In this document: in pieces, positions 10,856 to 22,900 of the stretch
Position numbering within the stretch: the first letter of the stretch is position 1
Layout: each line of letters begins with the position of its first letter
NCBI GenBank assembly: GCA_030141605.1
Contig: JAQGDQ010001782.1
Coordinates: 1 to 25,676 of the forward strand
Length of the DNA: 25,676 bases
Reading direction: 5' to 3'
From: Tubiluchus corallicola
Taxonomy: Eukaryota; Animalia; Priapulida
Position numbers and translations under genes: made by a program
The notes under the pieces: model-generated
What the model saw: only the letters and a program-made list of their open reading frames with translations
Database searches by the model: none
Told to the model about the DNA's origin: nothing

Positions 10856-11966
10856 TTAGTAGCAATCATATAGCAATTTACAGCAATTTTATGCGTATAT
10901 CGTACTCGCGTTGAAAGAAATTTTTGTTTGTTTACATTTTAAATCTCCCGCAATACTGTTCCGACCACGCCATTACATGACGTCATATACGCACACCGTA
11001 AATCAGGTGAAGAAAGGGCAATGTTAAATTATGTCCCCAAGAAAATTTCCATGCAATGTTATATTACATAGCATTTCGCTTACCTGCTGGAAAGATTTAT
11101 GTTTCTGTAAAAGAAAATTATTAATTATTTAAAATATTTTCATTAATTGGTAAAATGTCGCTGACTCACCCTCCAGGGGACACCACGCACTAACCAAAAA
11201 ACGTCTTTTTAGTCTTATTGACTTTTATTGACTTATTAAAATTTTACTTAGTTTGTGACATATGTGCTATTATTTTTTCAAACTTTACTCAATGTGATCT
11301 AAACAACTGCTTAAGCCTATTGCTTGTCCTCTAATCTTACTACCAAGTGTGAAAGACTACTACATTCACAGAGAAGCCAAGTGACCCAGTTACATACAAA
11401 CATATAGCAGTAGCAAGTACATACATATATTGAAAACTTCAAAGTGTACTAACAGATGTCAGCACTGACTCAGTGGTAATGAAAAACTACAAACCAGAAT
11501 TAATAATGAACTGCAAATTATTAGGTGCAGATTTAGAACTTTAGTTATAGAATGAAAATTACCTGCTCAATATTTTCAGGAAATTTAGGTAATAAACCGT
11601 ATTTACTTAGAGAAAAACACCATACGTACAAATATATATATATTCGATATATATGTACGAAATTCTTTGATAAACCACAACGTCGGTAGAAAAGAATAAA
11701 TTGGTTCCCACTTCCCAATGAACAGTGAATCACTAATTACTTTTTTAAGTAATGCATTAGCACTGCATTAATGAATTAGTTTCTCTCAAGAAACATTGTT
11801 TATTTTAAGAATGTATTGTTTTCTCTAACAGTTCCAATGGTATGTAAAGAATATTAGTGAACTATTAGTAGGGCTATAAAGTTATTATTTTTACAGTCTT
11901 AAGAGCAATTATTGAATTAAGATCAAAGAAGATTAAATTTTACTTCCTTAAGCTTTACTACTTATC

Positions 11967-12121
11967 CACATTTGAGATACCAATGTCACATTTGACTTGA
12001 CATGTGTCTACATTTCACTTACCAAAAACGCTTAAGATTTGTTGAAAACCATTGTTATCACATTTGAACTACCTAAGTCTCGATTTGACTTAACGTCGGT
12101 CTACATTTGACATGTAAAACC
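11967..12121. mobile_element. Inverted partial copy of the left end of the foldback element
   Basis: 12100-12125 is a perfect 26-bp inverted repeat of 12155-12180, and 12019-12057 is the reverse complement of 12263-12301. Confidence 0.7.
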
Positions 12122-12158
12122 TATATATACGTATCTATCGTATGCGTATAATTGTATA

Positions 12159-12995
12159 GGTTTTACATGTCAAATGTAGAATTGCATTAACTCAAATGTA
12201 GATTTAGGTACTTCAAATGTGTCTTGGTAACTCAAATGTAGACTTTGGTAGTTCAAGTGTGTTAACAATGGTTTTCAACAAATCTTAAGCGTTTTTGGTA
12301 AATCATTTGAAATTTCTATCTCTACATTTGACTTACCTAAGTCACATTTGAACTTTCCTATGTCTACATTTGACTTACCTAAGTCACATTTGAACTTTCC
12401 TGTGTCTACATTTGACTTACCTAAGTCACATTTGACTTACCTAAGTCACATTTGAACTTTCATGTGTCTACATTTGACTTACCTAAGTCACATTTGAACT
12501 TTCCTATGTCTACATTTGACTTACCTAAGTCACATTTGAACTTCCTTGTCTACATTTGACTTACCTAAGTCACATTTGAACTTTCCTGTGTCTACATTTG
12601 ACTTACCAAAACACATTTGAACATTCCTATGTCTACATTTGACTTACCTAAGTCACATTGAATTTTTCTACATTTGACACCAACCAACCACATTTGACTT
12701 ACCTAAGTCACATTTGAACTTTCCTATGTCTACATTTGACTTACCTAAGTCACATTTGAACTTTCATGTGTCTACATTTGACTTACCTAAGTCACATTTG
12801 AACTTTCCTGTGTCACATTTGACTTACCTAAGTCACATTTGACTTACCTAAGTCACATTTGAGTTACCAAAACACATTTGAAATTCCTATGTCTACATTT
12901 GACTTACCTAGGTCACATTTGACTTACCTAAATCACATTTGACTTACCTAAGTCACTTTTGAGCTTTCCTGTGTCTACATTTGACGTGTAAAACC
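12159..12995. mobile_element. Foldback-type non-autonomous TIR element with subterminal tandem array, flanked by TATA
   Basis: Ends are GGTTTTACATGTCAAATGTAGA and TCTACATTTGACGTGTAAAACC (TIR with 1 mismatch), with TATA on both sides. Internal repeat units are reversed near the left end and forward in 12303-12995. No transposase ORF. Confidence 0.7.
12303..12985 (+). repeat. Minisatellite of 20-21 bp units, mostly as a 42-bp dimer (TCACATTTGAACTTTCCTATG + TCTACATTTGACTTACCTAAG)
   Basis: Roughly 30 ACATTTGA-core units visible directly. Confidence 0.92.
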
Positions 12996-13016
12996 TATAT
13001 ATGTATATATTGTATA

Positions 13017-13017
<1 letters not shown>

Positions 13018-13049
<32 letters not shown>
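13018..13049. repeat. (TA)n microsatellite next to the foldback right TIR
   Basis: Visible directly. Confidence 0.9.
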
Positions 13050-13050
<1 letters not shown>

Positions 13051-13198
13051 GTACAAGATATACAACTGCATAATAGCAAACAAAAATCCTGATAATTACT
13101 TAACAAGGGAGCAATTAATATGGAAAATAATTCATGCTTGCAGCTGAACTAAAAGCTTGGATTTGAAAAGCCCTTGAAAATACATGGCGCGCTATTAA

Positions 13199-13620
13199 AG
13201 AAAGACAGGATGATTTTTCATACACTACCCGATTTGCAAGTCCGACAAAAACTACACCCTTTTAACAAAATATGTACTGCAAAAGTGTGGTTCTGATAAT
13301 TAAATAATATATTAAAAACTTAATTAAGGGTAGAGCTCTCAGTTCAGATGTGTTCGTTTGTGATGAACTACACACGTACGACTGCTCGGGCGTGATACTG
13401 ATGTTTGAATTTTTATCTTAAACTTGCCTAGTTTTAGTACAACACACTGAATATCTTACAGTAACACTGTACTTCAATTTTCGCTTTCGCAAGCATGTGC
13501 AACACGCTAGTGAAATATTTTTGCTGTTGAAAATTATGTTAGTTTGTGATGTCATCAATAGTTGAGCTCATCCACCGTTAATTAAGTTTTTAATCTATTA
13601 TTTAATTACCAGAAATGTTT
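13199..13620. mobile_element. Two family B fragments in opposite orientation within the spacer
   Basis: 13199-13337 resembles 8162-8300; 13342-13615 resembles 7356-7630; 13290-13337 is inverted relative to 13563-13615. Confidence 0.6.
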
Positions 13621-13623
13621 TTG

Positions 13624-13699
13624 CTCTCTCTCTCTCTCTCTCTCTCTCCCTCCCTCTCTCTCTCTCTCTGTCTCTCTCTCTCTCTCTCTTTCTCTCTCT
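13624..13699 (+). repeat. (CT)n microsatellite
   Basis: Visible directly, about 100 bp upstream of the E1 acceptor. Confidence 0.92.
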
Positions 13700-13801
13700 A
13701 AATTAAGAATAGTATTAACAGAGAAGCCATCAAAAGCAGGCATGAAATTTCTCCGCTGCCTGACAAACCTCTGTGTTGATTTAACTCTTTACCTGCTTTA
13801 G

Positions 13802-13927
13802 GAGGAGGTTTTCAAGCCAAGATGAAAGACAATAAGTGCGTGATAAAAACAAGAGAACGTCTAGATAGAGAGAAAATATCAGAGTACAAACTTGATATAC
13901 AAGCCAGTTACAAATACAATTCAAATG
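13802..13927 (+). CDS. Cad99C: Cadherin exon E1 (single copy, in spacer): GGFQAKMKDNKCVIKTRERLDREKISEYKLDIQASYKYNSN
   Basis: tttag acceptor, G|gtaagt donor, 126 nt, phase 1-1, LDRE...Y-L cadherin motif; joins E2 in frame. Confidence 0.85.
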
Positions 13928-16900
13928 GTAAGTTTGCCTTTTTTGCGTGTTTTGCCACAAACAGTATGTGTATCAGAGCAGATGGTGTGGTGTAATGGAT
14001 AATGCGTCTGGTTTCCTGCCTTCGTAGCGGAAGTACAAACTTGTTTAAAAAGAGTCAATGCCCTTAATTGTAATTAATGATAATTTGATTTTAATTTAAC
14101 CTTATCAATTTTTTACAGTTTCGTTTTCATTCTATAACTAAAGTTCTAAATCTGCACCTAATAATTTGCAGTTCATTATTAATTCTGGTTTGTAGTTTTT
14201 CATTACCACTGAGTCAGTGCTGACATCTGTTAGTACACTTTGAAGTTTTCAATATATCTATGTACTTGCTACTGCTATATGTTTGTATGTAACTGGGTCA
14301 CTTGGCTTCTCTGTGAATGTAGTAGTCTTTCACACTTGGTAGTAAGATTAGAGGACAAGCAATAGGCTTAAGCAGTGGTTTAGATAACATTGAGTAAAGT
14401 TTGAAAAAATAATCAGAGCATTCGTAGCACATATGTCACAAACTAAGTAAAATTTTAATAAGTCAATAAAAGTCAATAAGACTAAAAATACGTTTTTTGG
14501 TTAGTGAGTGGTGTCCCCTGGAGGGTGAGTCAGCGACATTTTACCAATTAATGAAAATATTTTAAATAATTAATAATTTTCTTTTACAGAAACATAAATC
14601 TTTCCAGCAGGTAAGCGAAATGCTATGTAATATAACATTGCATGGAAATTTTCTTGGGGACATAATTTAACATTGCCCTTTCTTCACCTGATTTACGGTG
14701 TGCGTATATGACGTCATGTAATGGCGTGGTCGGAACAGTATTGCGGGAGATTTAAAATGTAAACAAACAAAAATTTCTTTCAACGCGAGTACGATATACG
14801 CATAAAATTGCTGTAAATTGCTATATGATTGCTACTAAACCTTTCAGTCCCAAATTATTTTTTAATAAGAAAAAAATTTTGGCTTGGCACTTTTGTTCAG
14901 TATGTCCATCTTGTTTACACATAATAAATTTTTTCTACCTGTGCCCGCGTGCTAAATATAGCCTGTATCCCACGGGATACATTGGGATTCAATGGAAGCA
15001 TAAAATGTGCTTCATTTTGCAACTGCTGATAATTTTTTAAAGTATTTAAGACATTTAGTATGCATGCTATGCTGATCTGTACAAAGTCGTCTCTAAAGTA
15101 CTGTACCTTGCGCAGTTTTTTATGCTATGTAGATTTTCTAGTTTGCCATTTTATCACAATTTTTAGTCTATTGTTATTGGCTTAAATCAAAATAACTATT
15201 AACAGATCAAATAAATGTCAGTTTTAAAATTTTATTAATTTTAAAGGCAGAAAATATTCTCGTATCCCACGGGATACAACGGGTACGAAAGGGTTAAAAT
15301 AATTTTTAAGGTGATTTTTCTGAACCCACTTCAGGTATCCCTTTTCTTGTCCTTTAAGTCCCTCCAGGGGGCACCACTCACCAACCAAAAACGTATTTTT
15401 AATCTTATTGACAAGACACAGTAAATTAAAATTTTACTTAGTTACAATTATAGAACTTTGATTAATTAATAAATTAGACGTGTTAAACTAAATAAAGGGA
15501 CAACTTTCTGCGTTTGCAGATTCTGTAGCTGCTGCCACCGTCATTGTTGCTGTCGATGATGTTAATGATAATAAACCATCGTTCATTTATCCAAATATGA
15601 ATATCGCTGGGGAAATGTACTACGGTGTGATAGAAATGGACAGTCCTCCTTTCTCAGAAATTCTTGTTGTACAGGTTGGTACAAAAAATTGTCAAGCATT
15701 TCAAAATACTTTCGCAAAAAAGCAGAATTGTGTAAATTTAACTTAAAGTATTACATAGTAAGTTAACATGTGCTGCCATCTACATTTAAAATTATTTATT
15801 ATTGAACTGAGTCAAGTTTAATCCAGGTTGTGGCCTTGATTAGTGTTGCTCAGTCACCTGTACCTGCTGGGCTTCCCATATATGGTAGTGTCGATAGTTA
15901 GCGTGTTTTACTAGCCAATCAGGTAAGTTCATTGGGTGCACGTGACTTGGGCAGTTCCAGCTGGGTTTTTTTCTTCTGGCTGTCAGTTAATAATTAATAA
16001 ATCTATGCAGGCAATAGATCCAGACAAAATGGAGAATGACGTCATACAGTACATCCTGGATAAATATTCACCTGATCTTTTTCTTCTGGAACCATCCACT
16101 GGAATCCTGAGAAATAAAATACAGTTGAATTTGTTCAACTCGCCGCCATTACATGACGTGGAGACGTTTCGATTGACGGCCATTGCTACCGATAATGCTA
16201 ATGGTGTGAACGATGCTTTACGAGCCGAAGCAGAGATACTCGTGAACGTGTTGAAGGATTGTCACAAAATCGTGCTAGTCGTTGACGACATGGAGCCTGC
16301 TATGGTGCTCCAAAAGCGCCACACGGTCACCAAGTAAGTAAACAAATCAGTTTAAATTGACCATCTAATATCGTAGGTTATATTTTAAATCATGGCTTTG
16401 AAACGTAGTTAAGGGCAATTAAGACGCCATCTTAACCCTTTCAGTCCCAAATTATTTTTTTAATAAGAAAATTTTTTTTGATTTGGTACTTTTGTTCAGT
16501 ATGTCCATCTTGTTTACACATAATTATTATTTTTCTACCTGTGCCTGTGTGCTAAATATAGCCTGTATCCCACGGGATACATTGGGATTCAATGGTAGCA
16601 CAAAATGTGCTTCATTTTGCAACTGCTGATAATTTTTTAAAGTATTTAAGACATTTAGTATGCACGCTATGCTGATCTGTACGAAGTCGTCTCTAAAGTA
16701 CTGTACCTTGCACAGTTTTTTATGGTATGTAGATTTTCTAGTTTGCCATTTTATCACCATTTTTAGTCCATTGTTATTGGCTTAAATCAAAATAACTATT
16801 AACAGATTAAATAACTGTCAGTTTTAAAATTTTATTAATTTTAAAGGCAGAAAATATTTTCGTATCCCACGGGATACAACGGGTATGAAAGGGTTAAACC

Positions 16901-19900
16901 ATACCTCAAAACATTCATTCCTATGAAATATCGAAATGTTATTTTTTCTGGAGAATAACTTTCTTGAAAGAATTATTATCGCAGAAATTTAATTCTTGGC
17001 AGTTATGTGTATTTTGCTTTGGCTTCTTAGATCAGCATTAACTCCCTGTGTGTCAGAAACGCATCGCACAAAAAACGTGCGCTGCTGCTAACAGTTTAGG
17101 TGCGGTTCAGTTGTGAAGTAGTGCACACGTTCCACAGCTCATACGTGAGACACAGCGGTACATTTAAAATTTATTTTTTTACACTTAAAGTTCGGCTGCT
17201 AACAGTTTAGGTGCGGTTCAGTTGTGAAGTAGTGCACACGTTCCACAGCTCATACGTGAGACACAGCGGTACATTTAAAATTTAATTTTTTTGCACTTAA
17301 AGTTCGTCGACTTTTATATTTATCACGCGCTTAATGTTGTACTTCAATTTTTACTTTAGCAAACACGTGGAATGTTTATGTTCAGTTGTGACGTCATCAA
17401 TAGTTGGGCTATCCCGCCGCTAATTAAGATTTTAATCCATTATTTAATTATCAGAAACGCCTTTGCAGTATTAATTGTACTAAAATGTATACTTTTTATT
17501 GAACTTGAAAATGGGGTAGTATATGAAAAATCATCCTGTCTTCCTTTAAGGTTGTATGTGGGGTCAAACAAGGGTTTAGTTGCCTGTCCTGTGTGACGAT
17601 ATATATGCATATATTATTTTTATTCATACTCATGGTACAATCACATCAAATAAACAAACAGATAAATATAACATTAATTAAGATTACTAAGCAATGTGAA
17701 TATATACAATTAAGCGAGAGTCTATGTTAGTATGGCGTACAACTTATTTCTGTCAAAAAAATCAAAACAATTACATTGTGGAGCCCGTATAACTTCTTTA
17801 ATGAAATTTACAGTGTGCATTTGTTCACCACTAGCATAACTGCTTATGTCTAATGTACAGGAAAGAACTTTAGAAAGAAAATTTTCCTTTGTGTAAAAAG
17901 TTTTGGCCCCATTTTAGGTGTTAAAATGTATATCTTTTACCATACAGCAATATGAGAAATCATTTACCATAGCAGATGAGAAATCTTCATATTTTCCTTT
18001 AAAAATTTAATGCATTTTGAAGAACGGAAAAGTAAACATTTTAACACCAACGATAGTGGTAAAGGTTTTCTGATAATTAAATAATAGATTGAAGTCTTAA
18101 TTAGCAGCGGGGGAGCCCAACTGTGGCTGACATCACAAACTAACATAATTCTCAACAGGAAAAATATTCCACGAGGGCGTTGCACGTGTTTGCGAAAGCG
18201 AAAATTTAAGTACAGTGCTACTGTAGGGAGATTCAGTGTGTTGTACTAAAACTAGGCAAGTTTTAAGACAAAAATTCAAATTTCAAATTCACGCCCGAGC
18301 TGTCAGACGTGTGTAGTTCGTCACAAACGAACACATCTGAACAGAGAGGTACGGCAAATGCTCGTCTACATGTTACATGTATTTCCAAAAGGGAAAATTG
18401 AAGTACAGTGCTACTGTAAGATATTCAGTATGTTCTAACTAAAACTAGGCAAGTTTCAAGATAAAAATTCAAATTTCAAAATTTCAAAGTCTAAATGTGA
18501 GAGCTGTGATGTACATTTGGACCCAAATCTCCTGAATGTTCTGACCAAAATAAACATTTCTTTCAGATATTTGGACGAGCGTACCGGATATCTGACTGGC
18601 GTTGATAAAATCGTTCACAGAGAGGATTATGAAGACGGTGTGCTTGTACATGATGTAAAATCATCTGATGTTTGGCTTCATTTCACGGATCCGAAATCAG
18701 GAAGCCTTGTGAAAAATACCGACCCACATCTATTAGAGTATGTAATCATTTATATTATTTATCCATCAGTTACAACGTAAGACGACCATATCACGTTGAT
18801 AACACCGGTTCTAGTCTGGTCACCGTTAAGTGACGTAGAGCCTGGTTAGTACTTGGATGGGTGACCGCCTAGGAATACCAGGCCCACATTGTATCTCGAC
18901 ACTAGGCGGAGGAGCTGCACCAGCAGCCAACAACAAAGCACAAGAAAACACCTTCGTAAATAAAGCTGAAAAATCTTTTTTAAATTTTGTATCACTTACA
19001 TGATGTCTTATTGCATGGAAGGTTTGCGTTGGAAGTAACGTTGTATAAAACTTGTGAATTTAAACTCTCGCGAGGCGCAGCCATACTAATGGTTAGTAAT
19101 TGAAACAAAAACTGATAAATCTTAAAAAATTCACCTTGAACCTTTATACCACTTTTATACACACTGCCTTTTTGCATACAGGGCTTGCGTCGGCACTAAT
19201 GCTGTACAAAACATGCCCGTTATGACCGTTATGACACCGACTATGACGATAGCTCATTTGAAATTGCTTACACAACATTGAGTGAAGTTTGAAAAATGAT
19301 CAGAGCATTTTTAGCACACACTTCACAAACTAACCAAGAGTTTGAATTACTTTATTTTGTCAGTAAAATCAAATATGTGTTTTTGGAGAATCAGTGGTGC
19401 ACATTGGGTAGGTGATACAGTGACGTTTTAGCAAATCGCGCGAACATAATCTTAAATTGCTTGAACTTATCACCTGCGTACTGCCTTATTGTTTATAAAA
19501 CTTGCGCCGGCAGTAACGCTGTGTAAAACATGCAAATTTAAACTTCTGCGATGACCGTTACGCCCAGTCATCTTGAACGTAAGTCATTTAAAACAAGTTT
19601 AGATAACATTGAGTAAAGTTTGAAAAAAATAACCAGAGCATTCGTAGCACACATGTCACAAACTAAGTGAAATTTTAATTTTCCTGTATCTTGTCAATAA
19701 GATTAAAAATACGTTTTTTGGTTAGTGAGTGGTGCACCCTGGAGGGATGAGCTAGCGACATTTTATCAATTAGTGAAAATATTTTAAATAATTAATAATT
19801 TTCTTTTCTAGTTACATAAGTCTTTCAAAAAGTTAAGCGTAATGCGAAGTAACGTAACTTTGTATGGAAGGTTTTTTAGTAGATGCTTTAAAATTCGCTT

Positions 19901-22900
19901 ATCTTTTCCTTTAAATTTAATTTTCTCAGTTTTTTATTTACTAACTGCAATGTCTTCGTCTTCTTTATTCTCTGTTACCTAAGTTTTTTTGTCTTCTTCT
20001 TGTTATTACATTTAGTTAGTTGTAACACCAACAGATGGCGCATTTCCTGCTGTTCTAATCTTTTGTTACAATTCTGCGGTGTCTGGCTAGTATTAAGATT
20101 TCTATATTATATCCTTGTTGTTTATTTTTACCGTTGTTGTTGTTATTGTCTTGGGCTCTGCTCAAATTTTGTTAATGTTAAATTATATTGATCTTGCAAA
20201 GGAGCCTTTTCACAGTTTCGTTGTGCGCATGCGCAGTTGCTGTAGGTCAAAGGTTAACTGTACCGCAGCAACGCATCTTAGCTACATCCGTCACGTGCTG
20301 TGTGCAAAGTAAAGCCGTTTGCTACATCAGTTCACTAACTTCAGTTATTTTACATGGACTTTATGATGCATTAGACTGCGTATAATGATTTACTAGCAGG
20401 ATCTTACTTAGGAACAAGAAAAAAATGAACTAGGTAAGGTTCTATCTAGTTGTTAAAACTGTTACTATTACAATAGCATATGCTGCGAGGCGTTGTCAAG
20501 GGTACACAAATGCGTTGTCTGGTACACTTAACCTTTGACCTCCTCACGACCATCATCAATCACTGGAACTGTGAAAGAACAAACCGTTTTTTGAGAAACT
20601 GAGAAAGTAACGTACTTACGTTACACTTAGGTCACTGTTTACTGTGAAATCACAAGAGGAAATCAGGGAAAGCTTCTTAGTACAGCACGATCCGCTAAGC
20701 GTGTCCTCCATCCGGGTACCAGACAAGACTGATGGCAGAGTGGAGCCCGTCAAACAGCCGCTAGGTGGCGTGACAGACTGGCAGATTGGTGTCATCGCTC
20801 TAGCAGCACTAATTGTTCTCATCTGCGTCATCGCCATCATCGCCATCTGTTGCTTATGGTCAAGGTCGGTTGATTCCGTTATTTGCGCATTTAATACTTT
20901 TTTGTCACATGTGCGTGACCGTAGTTGAGAAAAGAGTCACGTGACGAATTTAGAGCATCGAATGTTTTTTCTCTGAAAAATATGTTTTACTGCATTGTCT
21001 CTTTTATTATGATATTTATCTAATAGAATTTTCCACCGCAACCTGCCACCTAGTGTTGGAAAGAGGAATTTTTTTAACTAATATAATGATTTTTCGTTGT
21101 TTGTTTAATGATTGTTTTAACTAATATGTAAAATGATCATTTTTAACTAATATGTGAAATGATTGTTTATGACTAATATGTAAAATGATTGTAACTACAC
21201 CACACCACACCACATCACACTACACTACACTACATTACACCACACCACACCACACCACACCACACCACACCACACCACATCGCACCACACTACACTACAT
21301 TACACCACACCACACCACACCACATCGCACCACATCACACTACACTACACCACATCGCGCCACATCACATCACACCACACCACATCACACCACATCGTAC
21401 CACATTACACTACACTACACTACACTACACTACACTACACTACACTACACTACACTACACTACACTACACTACACTACACTACACTACACTACACTACAC
21501 TACGCTACACTACACTACGCTACACTACACTACGCTACATTGCGCTGCGCTATGCTACGCTATGCTATGCTATGTTACACTACACTATACTACACTACAC
21601 TACGCTATGCTACGCTACATTGTGCTACGCTACACTACACTACACTACACTACACTACACTACACTACACTACACTACACTACACTACACTACACTATGC
21701 TGCACTACACTACACTTCACTACATTTCACTGCGCTACACTACACCTTGCCATGCTACACTACACTACACTGCACTGCACTCACTGCACTCACTCCTCAT
21801 GCCTGCCTACTACCTACTACGCTATGCTACACTACACTACACTACACTACACTACACTACACTACGCTACACTACGCTACACTACACTACACTACAGTAC
21901 ACTACACTACACTACACTACACTACACTACACTACACTACACTACACTACACTACACTACACTACACTACACTGCACTACAATACGCTACACTACACTAC
22001 ACTACACTACACTACACTACACTACATTACAGCACACTACATGACACCACACCACACCACACCACACTACACCACATCACACCACTTTGCACTACACTAC
22101 ACTACACTACTACACTGCACTGCACTGCACTACACTACATCACACTAGTTGTCTGCAAACTTGTTAACATTGGTTAGTTCACATAACGCTAGTGTTAACA
22201 CCAACAGGCAAACCAACCGATGACGTAAGCGATTTTCACTTACTCAATACGTCACAAGTTTACCTGTTTTTCTCACAGTTACAAGAAGAAAGACATGAAG
22301 AGAAAACGCATTTTCATACCATCTCGATACGAACCCGCTCTCATAGAACCAAGACTAGAAAATAAACCTTCAGCTATTCAAGCTCAGGTAAGATTTCTTC
22401 TTACATATACGTGTTCACACGATGCAAATTTAGTTTATAATCTGTATGATAAATATCAGTTATGCGTTAATTAACGATTTTCGATATTGCATAATTAGCC
22501 TCAAAAATTTATTTCATTGTATTTTATTTCATTTTAATACTGCATTTGTATTTCATGTGGTCTTAGTTACTGGAATAAAAATTTGAACTGAATGGATTAT
22601 AATTCTTGCCAATCTCAGGAGAATCGTAATAGCTAACACAAAGATTTGACATTGTATCAACAGCTGTATGTTTTGCGTACTTATAATTTAATCTTTGCCT
22701 GTAAATAGTGGACCAAATTATGTAAACATGTGTTGTAAAATAGAAGATCAATCATATCATCATCGTTGTCGTCGTCGTCGTCATTATCATCATCATCATC
22801 AATTATCGTCGTCGTCGTCATCATCAATTATCGTCGTCATCGTCATCATCGTCGTCGTCATCACCATCATCGTCATCATCATCATCAATCATTATAGTCG

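Larger units (their letters stand above)
1..11558. repeat. Left arm of a giant inverted repeat (about 11.55 kb)
   Basis: Reverse complement of 14124-25676. The window starts ATGGCGATCATGATG and ends CATCATGATCGCCAT. ORFs occur as mirrored pairs with coordinate sums of 25677-25707. Homology stops after AATGAAAA at 11558. Confidence 0.98.

Noticed and set aside
11563-11605. Minus-strand candidate exon KYGLLPKFPENIEQ with a CAG|gtaatt donor at the left junction
   Set aside because: It is open in phase 0, but E2' needs phase 1, where there are TGA stops. It has no cadherin motif.
12303-12985. CRISPR-like appearance of the central array
   Set aside because: There are no unique spacers, the units are contiguous, there are no cas genes and the context is eukaryotic.
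14115-14125. ACAGTTTCGTT at the right junction matches the end of the MITE at about 20212
   Set aside because: Only 11 bp in AT-rich DNA; could be chance.
14590-14610. Apparent 21-nt microexon (tttacag|...CAG|gtaag) between E1 and E2
   Set aside because: It contains TAA in the required phase-1 frame and aligns with repeat family A sequence near 19800-19840.
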